Below the pieces are notes generated by a model. The model ran no database searches. It was not told the DNA's origin and was given only the letters and a program-made list of their open reading frames with translations. Below, piece by piece: positions 56,017 through 64,000 of a stretch of 64,000 nucleotides of DNA. The stretch comes from Clostridiales bacterium. Its GTDB lineage: Bacteria; Bacillota; Clostridia; Christensenellales; UBA1242. The stretch lies in assembly GCA_015069415.1 (NCBI GenBank), contig SVIQ01000001.1, positions 158,709 through 222,708 of the forward strand, written 5' to 3'. The number at the start of each line of letters is the position of its first letter. Position 1 is the stretch's first letter. The position numbers were made by a program, and so were the translations under genes.

Positions 56017-56598
56017 TTAAATTTTTTCAATTAAATAGGCAACGTAATGTTTGCTAATAAATTCAAGTTTGTACTTATCGTATTTTACTTTTGGATACTT
56101 TTCCGGTTTTGGATTTCTAAATTTCTTTTTCTTTAAAATTTTAAAACCCTTTTCCTTTAAGTATTGTTCCATATATCTAAAATGCACTGCTGGATCTTCA
56201 AGAATATCTATAATCAAATAATACTTTGATTTTATATCCATAACTTGATGAAATAAATCTGAAAAGTGATTTCCGAAATTATGAGCTTCTCCTAAAGTCA
56301 AATGCGCCAAACAAAAATCATATTTCTTTCTAAAACAATTTTTACAGATATCGGCTTCGATAACATCAAGTCTATCACTTCCAATAGCACTTTCAAGCGG
56401 ATTTTTCTTTCTGTTATCTCCAGGATAAACAATTGCATCAACTTTTGCAAACGGAAAATATTTGAGCAAAATACTTGCACTGGTTTTTCCGCTTCCCGCG
56501 TCCATTATTTTTTTAACTTTTTCTTTTTCAATCGATTTAATCATTCTTTTAATGATTTTGTCATGAATCGATTTTGACGTATCGTACAACTTTTCCAT
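56017..56598 (-). CDS. Class I SAM-dependent methyltransferase
   Basis: Motif I IMDAGSGKTSASILL. It lies 11 nt upstream of metG. Confidence 0.65.
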   Translation of the reverse strand: MEKLYDTSKSIHDKIIKRMIKSIEKEKVKKIMDAGSGKTSASILLKYFPFAKVDAIVYPGDNRKKNPLESAIGSDRLDVIEADICKNCFRKKYDFCLAHLTLGEAHNFGNHFSDLFHQVMDIKSKYYLIIDILEDPAVHFRYMEQYLKEKGFKILKKKKFRNPKPEKYPKVKYDKYKLEFISKHYVAYLIEKI

Positions 56599-56618
56599 AT
56601 TACCCCTTTTAGTTGTTA

Positions 56619-57017
56619 TTACGGCAACGTTTTTTCTCTTTGATTTTGTTTTGATTTTGCATGCAAGTATCTACTTGCAACATACATGTTGTCATGATTT
56701 AATAATTCATTTCTTAAATTTGGAATAACTCTGTTAACATCTCTTAAAAATCTAAATTTGAAGAATTTCTTCTTAAGTAGTTCATCAAGATCTTCCTGTG
56801 TTACGTCTTGATTGGCAAATAAGAATGCATGCAAAGCAACAATTTCTTCCCATAAATCAATTTGAATTTTAGTAGAAGATGTCATCTTTCCTGAAACTCT
56901 ATCAAATCTTCCTTCAACAACCATTTCATCTGAACCTGTAATAATTTTAGTTTTTTCACCTAAAGATTTCGAATACTCAATACTCTCAATCAATTTTCTA
57001 ATTAAACTTTTTTCCAT
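56619..57017 (-). CDS. Hypothetical 132-aa protein, paralog B of a tandem pair
   Basis: Shares MEKSLIRKL... and KKFFKFRFLRDVNRVIPNL with the upstream paralog. Confidence 0.55.
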   Translation of the reverse strand: MEKSLIRKLIESIEYSKSLGEKTKIITGSDEMVVEGRFDRVSGKMTSSTKIQIDLWEEIVALHAFLFANQDVTQEDLDELLKKKFFKFRFLRDVNRVIPNLRNELLNHDNMYVASRYLHAKSKQNQREKTLP

Positions 57018-57415
57018 TATATGCTCCTATGTAAATCTTCAAGTTTTTTTGTGTAAACTAAATGAGCGTATTCTTCTGCAACAGATTTTGGTCCATTTTC
57101 TCTAATTTTTTCAACCATATCCGGTATCATAGAATGTAATTTTCTTAAAAATTTAAATTTAAAGTGTTTTGAATTTAAAACTTCATCAATATTATCATCA
57201 TTTACTTTTGGATAGCATTTTAAAAATTGTGATAAAAACATAATTTGTTGAAATTCTTCACCAGAAATGCAATCGGGATTTAATCCCGTTACTCCATAAT
57301 AAGGAACAAATAGAATTCCTTTACGCATATCTTTTCTCACAACACTTTTTGATGCTTCTTCTTTTGCCCTATTTAAGTTGTAAGTAAGTTCTCTGATTAA
57401 ACTTTTTCTTTCCAT
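57017..57415 (-). CDS. Hypothetical 132-aa protein, paralog A of a tandem pair
   Basis: MERKSLIREL... and KHFKFKFLRKLHSMIPDM. Its stop overlaps the start of paralog B in a TAATG arrangement. Confidence 0.55.
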   Translation of the reverse strand: MERKSLIRELTYNLNRAKEEASKSVVRKDMRKGILFVPYYGVTGLNPDCISGEEFQQIMFLSQFLKCYPKVNDDNIDEVLNSKHFKFKFLRKLHSMIPDMVEKIRENGPKSVAEEYAHLVYTKKLEDLHRSI

Positions 57416-57423
57416 ATATACTC

Positions 57424-57861
57424 CTAAAACTCTTTGTAAATTGTAACGGGTCCGTCAAGATGAGCGTCTGTTTGCATATCTGCACCAAACACCCCAGTTT
57501 TAGTAGGTACAAATTTGTTTAATTCATCTCTTAATTTTAAATATAATTCATTCGCTCTTTCCGGATTTTCTGCATCTCCAAAATATGGACGATTTCCTTT
57601 TGCTTTAGTTCGGTCAGTGCAAAGTGTGAAATTGCTAACAAGCAAAATTTCGCCAGCAACGTCTAAAACACTTAAATCCATTTTATCGTCGCGCTCGAAT
57701 ATTCTAAGATTTGCAATTTTTTCCGCCACACACGGGATTTTGCTTTCATCTTCGCCTTTTTCAATTCCGCAAAGCACCAAAAGTCCATTTCCTATCTCAC
57801 TTATCAATTCGTCGTCTACCTTAAGACTTGCCGACTTAACTCTCTGAATTACAACTCTCAT
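57424..57861 (-). CDS. dtd: D-aminoacyl-tRNA deacylase
   Basis: MRVVIQRVKSASLKV...GLLVLCGI...SNFTL...GNRPYF, 145 aa. Confidence 0.9.
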   Translation of the reverse strand: MRVVIQRVKSASLKVDDELISEIGNGLLVLCGIEKGEDESKIPCVAEKIANLRIFERDDKMDLSVLDVAGEILLVSNFTLCTDRTKAKGNRPYFGDAENPERANELYLKLRDELNKFVPTKTGVFGADMQTDAHLDGPVTIYKEF

Positions 57862-57870
57862 TTTTATCCT

Positions 57871-58281
57871 TTACAAAGAACGTGCAATTTTGTTAACTAT
57901 TCCCATATCAACTTTTCCAGCATATTCAGTTTTGAAAAGTTTCATAATGCTTGGAATTGATTTATCATCTAAACCATCAATGATGTTTTTAATTTCTTCT
58001 TCACTTAACATTTGAGGTAGGAACTTTGAAACAATATTCTTTTGGTATTCAATGTTTTCAGCTTCAACACTATTTCCAGCCTTGATGTAATTTTCTTTTT
58101 CGTCGTTAAGTTCTTTAAGTGTTTTTTGTAAAATTTGAACTACGTCAACATCTGTAACTTCCTTACCGCTTTTAGACAAAAGCAAAATCTTATTTAAAAC
58201 AACACCATAGATTGCACGAGCAACTTGGTCTTTTGCTTTCATTGCTTCAATGTTACCTTTTTTAATTTCGTCTACTAACAT
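57871..58281 (-). CDS. GatB/YqeY-domain protein
   Basis: 136 aa, with AMKAKDQVARAIYGVVLNKI and a helical C-terminal region typical of YqeY. Confidence 0.7.
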   Translation of the reverse strand: MLVDEIKKGNIEAMKAKDQVARAIYGVVLNKILLLSKSGKEVTDVDVVQILQKTLKELNDEKENYIKAGNSVEAENIEYQKNIVSKFLPQMLSEEEIKNIIDGLDDKSIPSIMKLFKTEYAGKVDMGIVNKIARSL

Positions 58282-58292
58282 AATTTCTCCTT

Positions 58293-59720
58293 TTAATCTT
58301 TAAATGCGTCGTCAATATCTGTATCGCTCGCTGCTGTCAAAACTTCATCTTTTTGAACTTTTGATGTGTTCTTTGTATATAAATGATCTTTTCCTGGTTC
58401 GTAGAATTGAGTGAATTCACTCTTCCACTTAATTGGAATTGTTCCACGCATACCATTTCTATGTTTTGCAATAACTAATGAATAATCCAGCGCATCATCA
58501 TTGTCGTCTTTAACATTTTCTCCAGCAATATCGGCAATAAACATAACGATATCGGCATCTTGTTCGATTGATCCTGATTCTCTTAAGTCACTAAGTTGTG
58601 GTGTTTTGTCTGCACGTTTTTCGCTTTCACGGTTTAATTGTGACAACAAGAGAATTGGAACACCTAATTCACGCGCTGCAAGTTTAATTGAACGAGTGAG
58701 ATCAGCAACTTCTTGTTGACGGTTGCCGTCTTTTGATGCTTTTTCAGCTTTCATAAGTTGTAGATAGTCAATAATTACCATGTCAAGACCGTGTTGAGCT
58801 TTTAATCTTCTACACTTTGACAAGATTTCAGCCGGTGTAATTGTTGTTGTGTCATCAATGTAAATGTTTGAATTTTCTAAAATTTTCTTTGTTTCAAACA
58901 AACTTGCCCATGCTGTGTTGTCTTTTGTTCCACCTTTCACCATATCCATTGGAATTCTACCTGTTGAACAGATGAAACGTTGAGCAACTTGAAGAGATGA
59001 CATTTCTAAGTCAAACATAGCAACTGACTTGTTGTATTTCAAAGCTGAATTAATGGCAAAGTTAACTGCAAGCGTAGTTTTACCAATACCTGGACGTGCC
59101 GCGATAATGATAAGTTCGCCCGGCTTAAATCCGTTTGTAATTTTGTCTAAAGTAGGGAAACCAGTTTTTACTCCAGCATTAGAATTAGGGTCAATTGAGA
59201 TTTTCTCCATTAAATCAATAGCCTCTGTTACACCTTTTCTAATATGCTCAAGTGAATTTGTGCGTCTAATTTGAGAAATGTCAAACACACGTTTTTCAGC
59301 ACTCGCAAGAACAACGCTAGCATCTGAAACTTCAAACGCGTCGTTGATTGTCTTTTGACTTGCTTCGATTACTTTTCTTAAAATGCTGTCATTTCTGATA
59401 ATATCAACATAGTACTTATAGTTCGCAGCACTTGGAACAAAGTTTGTTAAGTCGGTAATATATCCCATTCCGCCAACTTCTTCAAGTTCGCCTTTTTGTT
59501 CTAACACTTTACTTACAGTAATGTAGTCTACAGCAATATCTTTTAAGTAATTATCCAACATTGCTTGATAAATCTTTTTATGCGCAGTTGCATAAAAATC
59601 TTCAGCAGTAACTGTTGGGAATGTGTCAGCACACGCATCTTGAGAAATAAACAAACAACCAAGTAGACTTTGTTCTGCTTCCATGTCGTTTGGTAAAATT
59701 CTCGCTCTTGTTTCAGACAT
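58293..59720 (-). CDS. dnaB: Replicative DNA helicase (DnaB family)
   Basis: PNDMEAEQSLLGCLF N-terminus, Walker A ARPGIGKTTLAVNFA, and IIDYLQLM. Confidence 0.95.
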   Translation of the reverse strand: MSETRARILPNDMEAEQSLLGCLFISQDACADTFPTVTAEDFYATAHKKIYQAMLDNYLKDIAVDYITVSKVLEQKGELEEVGGMGYITDLTNFVPSAANYKYYVDIIRNDSILRKVIEASQKTINDAFEVSDASVVLASAEKRVFDISQIRRTNSLEHIRKGVTEAIDLMEKISIDPNSNAGVKTGFPTLDKITNGFKPGELIIIAARPGIGKTTLAVNFAINSALKYNKSVAMFDLEMSSLQVAQRFICSTGRIPMDMVKGGTKDNTAWASLFETKKILENSNIYIDDTTTITPAEILSKCRRLKAQHGLDMVIIDYLQLMKAEKASKDGNRQQEVADLTRSIKLAARELGVPILLLSQLNRESEKRADKTPQLSDLRESGSIEQDADIVMFIADIAGENVKDDNDDALDYSLVIAKHRNGMRGTIPIKWKSEFTQFYEPGKDHLYTKNTSKVQKDEVLTAASDTDIDDAFKD

Positions 59721-59772
59721 AATTTTCTCCTTTATTTTCCCCTATCTTAAATACTTTCTTGATCTTTTTATT

Positions 59773-60036
59773 CTATTTAAACACATCTTTCTTGGGTTTA
59801 AGTTCTTCAACTGCTTGTTTCCTTGCTTCTCTTTTTCTTGTTACGATTTCTTCAATTAAAACTGCAGTTCCCATAAACAAAATAAAAATCATCATTAAAA
59901 TCCAATCTTTAGTGATAATGTTTCTTGTGAAATATGCAAAGAACACAAGCGGAATAATACAAATTAATATTGTAATAGTTATTCTTTTTGCAACTTTTAA
60001 AAAACTTTGCACAATATCATTTTGATTAGCTTTCAT
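59773..60036 (-). CDS. Small membrane protein
   Basis: Two TM helices. Its start overlaps the typA stop by 1 nt. Confidence 0.5.
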   Translation of the reverse strand: MKANQNDIVQSFLKVAKRITITILICIIPLVFFAYFTRNIITKDWILMMIFILFMGTAVLIEEIVTRKREARKQAVEELKPKKDVFK

Positions 60037-61856
60037 TAATCCTCCACTACAGGTTTTTTACTCTTAGCTCTTAATGAATGGTCTAAAATTCTCTTTCTAA
60101 TTCTAATTGATTTTGGAGTTACTTCAACTAATTCATCATCAGCAATAAATTCAATCGCTGCTTCCAAATTCATTTGTTGAATTGGAGTAAGTTTTAAAGA
60201 TTCATCACTTGAAGTACTTCTCATATTTGTCAATTGTTTACGTTTACATACGTTAACAACAATATCTTCACCTTTAGGATTTGCACCAACAACTTGTCCT
60301 AAGTAAACTTTTTCTCCAGCTGTTACAAGCAAACGTCCACGTCCTTGAGCATTGTACAATCCATAAGTCACAGCGTCTCCTGTTTCAAATGAAATTAATG
60401 ATCCAAAATTTCTTCCTTCGATTGGTCCTTTGTAAGGTTCGTAAGCATGGAATATACTTGACATTACACCTTCACCACATGTGTCTGTTAACATTTGAGA
60501 TTTGTAACCGAACAATCCTCTAGAAGGCACCAAGAATTGAAGTCTTGTTCTTGTTGTTCCAATTGGATTCATTCCTAAAAGTTCACCCTTCTTAATTCCC
60601 ATAGCACTCATGATAGTTCCAACCGATTCATTAGGAACGTCAAGCACAACTAAATCGATAGGCTCGCATTTTACTCCGTCAATTTCCTTGTACAAAACTC
60701 TTGGTCTACTTACTTGGAATTCGAATCCATCGCGACGCATATTTTCAATTAAGATTGACAAGTGCATTTCTCCACGACCACTAACCTTAAATTGGTCTGC
60801 AGTTTCACCATCTTCAACTCTAAGTGATAAATCTTTAACGGCTTCCTTGTAAAGTCTATCCTTAATATGACGACTTGTTACAAATTTTCCTTCTTTACCA
60901 GCAAACGGACTGTCGTTTACCATAAATGTCATTTCAACACTTGGCTCACTAATTTTTACAAATTCAATTGCAGGCATATCTGGAGTTTCAACCGCAGTGT
61001 CTCCAATTGTAATATCTGGAATTCCAGCAATACAAATAATATCTCCAGCAGTTCCTACTTCAACAGCATCTCTCTTAAGTCCGTTGAAACTAAAAATGTT
61101 TACAACCTTTCCAGAATAATGTTTGTTTTCATCAAAGAAGTTTTTAATGTAAATAGTTTGATTTAATTTAATCTTACCAGTTTCAACTTTACCAACTGCA
61201 AGTTTTCCTAAGTAGTCATTTTGTTCAGTTGATGAAATTAACATTGAGAATGGTTTGTCTTCTTCCATTTTAGGCGGATCAATATGAGAAACAATTGCTT
61301 CAAACAAAGGTTTCATATCTGTTCCCTCAGTTTTGTAATCTGTAGTTGCAATTCCATTTCTTGCTGAGCAGTAAACAATTGGACTGTTTAATTGTTCGTC
61401 TGTTGCATTAAGTTCAAGCATGAGTTCAAGTACTTCATCAGCAACAACATCAAGACGAGCGTCCGGTCTGTCAATCTTGTTTACAACAATAATAACCTTA
61501 AGATTTAATTCAAGAGCTTTTTCCAAAACAAAACGAGTTTGTGGCATTGGTCCTTCAAAAGCATCCACAACAAGTAAAACTCCGTCTACCATTTTTAAAA
61601 CACGTTCAACTTCTCCACCGAAATCTGCGTGTCCTGGAGTGTCCACAATATTAATTTTTGTGTCGCCAAAAAAAGCAGAGCAATTTTTACTTAAAATTGT
61701 AATTCCTCTTTCTCTTTCTAAATCGTTGGAATCCATAACTCTGTCTTTAACTTCTTGGTTATCTCTAAAGATTCCACCTTGTTTTAAAAGCGCATTAACC
61801 AAACTTGTTTTACCGTGGTCAACGTGCGCAATAATTGCTATATTTCTAATATCCAT
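60036..61856 (-). CDS. typA: Translational GTPase TypA/BipA
   Basis: IRNIAIIAHVDHGKTSLVNALL, DTPGHADFGGEVER and NKIDRP motifs, 606 aa. Confidence 0.95.
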   Translation of the reverse strand: MDIRNIAIIAHVDHGKTSLVNALLKQGGIFRDNQEVKDRVMDSNDLERERGITILSKNCSAFFGDTKINIVDTPGHADFGGEVERVLKMVDGVLLVVDAFEGPMPQTRFVLEKALELNLKVIIVVNKIDRPDARLDVVADEVLELMLELNATDEQLNSPIVYCSARNGIATTDYKTEGTDMKPLFEAIVSHIDPPKMEEDKPFSMLISSTEQNDYLGKLAVGKVETGKIKLNQTIYIKNFFDENKHYSGKVVNIFSFNGLKRDAVEVGTAGDIICIAGIPDITIGDTAVETPDMPAIEFVKISEPSVEMTFMVNDSPFAGKEGKFVTSRHIKDRLYKEAVKDLSLRVEDGETADQFKVSGRGEMHLSILIENMRRDGFEFQVSRPRVLYKEIDGVKCEPIDLVVLDVPNESVGTIMSAMGIKKGELLGMNPIGTTRTRLQFLVPSRGLFGYKSQMLTDTCGEGVMSSIFHAYEPYKGPIEGRNFGSLISFETGDAVTYGLYNAQGRGRLLVTAGEKVYLGQVVGANPKGEDIVVNVCKRKQLTNMRSTSSDESLKLTPIQQMNLEAAIEFIADDELVEVTPKSIRIRKRILDHSLRAKSKKPVVED

Positions 61857-62040
61857 ATTTACCTCTTATAATATAATTCATAATATAATAACATAAATAA
61901 AAGAAAATTGCAATAATATTTTTGAATTTAATATTAAGAAAAATTTTGAAAAAGTGCTTAAAAATAGTTGATTTTTTGTTTTTTATTTGTTAGCATTTTA
62001 TCAGTTGAAGTAATTCAGCAAAAAAAAGGAGAAAAAATTT

Positions 62041-62325
62041 ATGACTACAATCAGTTCAGGAGATTTCATTAAACAAGTCGCAGAGGCTACTGGTTTTACT
62101 CAAGTTCAAGTTAAAGCTGTGCTTAATGCAGCAGGTGAACAACTTAAAGCCAACTTAAAAGACGGAAAGGAAATGCATTTCATTGGTTACTTTAACTTTG
62201 GAATCAAAGCAAAGTCTGCTCAAGAAAAAATCAATCCTTTCACAAAGAAGAAAATGAAAGTTGCAGCATGCAAAGTTCCTACTGTTAAATTGAGTGCTTC
62301 TTTCAAACAATTATTGAAGAAATAA
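62041..62325 (+). CDS. hup: HU-family DNA-binding protein
   Basis: 94 aa. FIKQVAEATGFTQVQVKAVLNAAGEQL, and a beta-arm region with INPFTKKKMKVAACKVP. Confidence 0.85.
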   Translation: MTTISSGDFIKQVAEATGFTQVQVKAVLNAAGEQLKANLKDGKEMHFIGYFNFGIKAKSAQEKINPFTKKKMKVAACKVPTVKLSASFKQLLKK

Positions 62326-62328
62326 GTT

Positions 62329-62351
62329 AAATGACCTAATAGGTCATTTTT
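62329..62351 (+). terminator. Rho-independent terminator after hup
   Basis: aaatgacct-aat-aggtcattttt. Confidence 0.7.
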
Positions 62352-62456
62352 CGTGTTTTTTAGAAAAATTTTTCTCATGTTTTGAGAAAATTTTTTTACA
62401 ATTGTTTGTGAAAAGTGTTTATATTTGGTATAATAACATTATCTTAAGGGGGAATT

Positions 62457-63224
62457 ATGATTGAACAAATCGCAATGTGGGGAGGATTTGCAGGAATTAT
62501 CGTTGCTCTTATCTCCATCACAGCATTAATATTTATTAAAAAATCTATTGTTGACATTGTTGACAGAGATTTAATATTTTTTGACAAAAATTTTGAATTG
62601 AAAAAGGAAGCAATTGAATCGTCTCTTCATATTTTAGACAAACTAAATAAAGACGGATACATTGTTAAAAACGATCCAAAGTTTGTTGACGAAGCAAACG
62701 CTTGCTACAATCAACTTTTGTGTGTAGTTACAGACATTAAGCTTGCCGAAAACTTTTATTCTATGGTTTTTGAAAGAGACGATATTCCAACTGAATTAGA
62801 AATTGCAAAATTTAAATTAAGTGCAAGAAAAGATATTGGTTTAAGTGTCAAAGGTTCAAAAGCAGTTAAACATGTTGTAAAAAATGTAAAACCTACAAAT
62901 TTTGAAACAGAAAAGAAAGTTGAAGAAAAGAAAGAACCTTCAACAAGATACGAAGAACCAACTCCTGAGGTGGGTGTAAAAGTCAACCACACTCCTATCC
63001 CAGAAAAAAAGTTTGAACAAGTCGAAGTTAGTGAAAAGAAAAGTGAAATTGAAAGAAAACCTTTAGCAACACAAAGACCAATCGCTAGACCAACAACTCA
63101 GGCCAGACCAATTAATGAACCAACTCAAGCAGTTAGACCTATGGCAAGAACAACTAGACCTACTAGCCAAACTACTTCAATTCAACCAATTAAAAGATCA
63201 GTTGGAAGACCAAAAAAACAATAA
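62457..63224 (+). CDS. Membrane-anchored protein with a Pro/Thr/Arg-rich tail ending in an AT-hook-like GRP motif
   Basis: N-terminal TM helix WGGFAGIIVALISITALIFI. The C-terminal repeats are RPIARPTTQARPINEPTQAVRPMARTTRPT, and the protein ends KRSVGRPKKQ. Confidence 0.55.
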   Translation: MIEQIAMWGGFAGIIVALISITALIFIKKSIVDIVDRDLIFFDKNFELKKEAIESSLHILDKLNKDGYIVKNDPKFVDEANACYNQLLCVVTDIKLAENFYSMVFERDDIPTELEIAKFKLSARKDIGLSVKGSKAVKHVVKNVKPTNFETEKKVEEKKEPSTRYEEPTPEVGVKVNHTPIPEKKFEQVEVSEKKSEIERKPLATQRPIARPTTQARPINEPTQAVRPMARTTRPTSQTTSIQPIKRSVGRPKKQ

Positions 63225-63287
63225 AAAATTGAGGAAATTCCTCAATTTTTTTCGACCTTGTCTAACTAAATTCTTAAACGAAGAAAT

Positions 63288-63830
63288 TTATTTTTTGCCA
63301 TTAACAGCTTTAGACATTGTTTTCTTTAGCAATGTTTTCAATTGTTCCAAATCACCTTTTAAGGCTGATTTTTTTATTACTGTAAATTCCACATTATTAA
63401 ATACTAAAATCAGTCTTTCATTATCTTCAATAAAACTTGTTAGATTTTTCAAAGAATGAATATTTTTAGCTTTTTCTTCGCCATCTTTGATTAGTTTTTC
63501 AACGCTTACATTGTTGTCAATTGTAATTTGAAGTTCGTCCATTTCATCTAATTTTTGTTTCTTAAATGATTTCTTTTGAGAAGACACCAACATAATCGGC
63601 ATAGTTACATAAAGTAATTCTAAAACAACCAAAGCAACGATTAGAACAATATCCCAAACAATACTTTTTCCTTTTACAATGTCAAGGACTAGCAATCCGA
63701 CCATTATCACAAGCAAAACCGGAATCATAATTGCCATAACTTTGTCTTTAGTTCGTTTTTGAGATTTGTAAACATATTTTGCGCCAGCGATGCTGTCTTC
63801 TAATGTAAATTTGTAATTGCATTCAAACAT
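63288..63830 (-). CDS. Membrane protein with YcxB-like topology
   Basis: Two adjacent TM helices (VMAIMIPVLLVIMVGLLVLDIV and IVWDIVLIVALVVLELLYVTMPIML) followed by a soluble C-terminal domain. Confidence 0.45.
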   Translation of the reverse strand: MFECNYKFTLEDSIAGAKYVYKSQKRTKDKVMAIMIPVLLVIMVGLLVLDIVKGKSIVWDIVLIVALVVLELLYVTMPIMLVSSQKKSFKKQKLDEMDELQITIDNNVSVEKLIKDGEEKAKNIHSLKNLTSFIEDNERLILVFNNVEFTVIKKSALKGDLEQLKTLLKKTMSKAVNGKK

Positions 63831-63846
63831 TTTCTACTCTCCTATA

Positions 63847-64000
63847 TTACATCATTCATTTCGTATCTATTTAATTTCTTCTTTCTCAAGATTACAAGAG
63901 CCACAACAACACCTGCCATTACTGCAACTATTGAAACAACAATAACCGCAATTTGCCAAGCTTTAAATAAGGTTCTTTTTTGCACCAACACTAAGTAATC
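63847..64000 (-). CDS. 3' end of a gene encoding a C-terminally membrane-anchored protein (5' part outside window)
   Basis: The reverse frame is open to the window edge and reads ...AWQIAVIVVSIVAVMAGVVVALVILRKKKLNRYEMNDV, with its stop at 63847..63849. Confidence 0.4.

Noticed and set aside
55457-56020. 187-aa plus-strand ORF
   Set aside because: It lies entirely antisense to the well-supported metG gene. The sequence is low-complexity and Phe/Ile/Asn-rich, typical of shadow ORFs in AT-rich DNA.
61420-61896. 158-aa plus-strand ORF
   Set aside because: It is antisense to the GTPase domain of typA. It is a Ser/Thr-rich shadow frame with no SD.
1-64000. CRISPR arrays, rRNA genes, transposases, integrases, prophage blocks
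   Set aside because: I saw no regularly spaced direct repeats, no rRNA-like GC-rich stretches and no ORFs with DDE, tyrosine-recombinase or serine-recombinase motifs. The only repeats are those listed in the aspS leader, the tRNA-Ser 3' end and the poly-C tract.

Overview
This is an AT-rich chromosomal segment from a low-GC Gram-positive-type bacterium (Bacillota/Mycoplasmatota-like). It appears to use the standard genetic code: an RF2 gene is present, conserved Trp residues are TGG, and long ORFs are not broken by TGA. Most of the window is tightly packed housekeeping genes, mainly on the minus strand: relA (5' truncated), aspS behind an Asp T-box, queH, tsaD, prfB, rpsR-ssb-rpsF, lysS-argS, nrdDG, gyrBA, a typA-to-metG gene string containing dnaB and dtd, and hup. 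There are three tRNAs: Thr-GGU, Arg-UCG and Ser-GGA. Accessory content sits between the housekeeping blocks. (1) A BcgI-like two-subunit restriction-modification module (fused nuclease-methylase plus HsdS-like subunit) has a translationally coupled AbrB-family gene and abuts tRNA-Thr; a possible HEPN-motif orphan lies next to it. (2) A roughly 10 kb surface-polysaccharide locus carries a TarI-like cytidylyltransferase, an SDR, LicD, Wzx, GT2, an EpsG-type polymerase, GT4, a Wzy_C/ligase-like protein and a priming sugar transferase. (3) Downstream of tRNA-Ser there is a 17-nt duplication of the tRNA 3' end bracketing a GC-rich 123-nt insert. Beyond it is a two-gene surface-protein operon (217 aa and 847 aa) with a shared N-terminal module; the large protein ends in a lectin/FGE-like, phage-receptor-binding-protein-like domain. 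I consider this pair the best candidate for an undescribed system, but the call rests on motif recognition only. Other oddities are a 10-C homopolymer splitting a tandem DUF1653 gene, a triplicated ~77-nt unit carrying a decoy Shine-Dalgarno between the T-box terminator and aspS, a TyrRS C-terminal remnant, two translationally coupled 132-aa paralogs inside the dnaB-metG string, and a palindrome at about -41.5 of the nrdD promoter next to a Crp/Fnr gene. I saw no CRISPR array, rRNA, transposase, integrase or reverse transcriptase. All homology statements come from motif recognition by eye, not from database searches.
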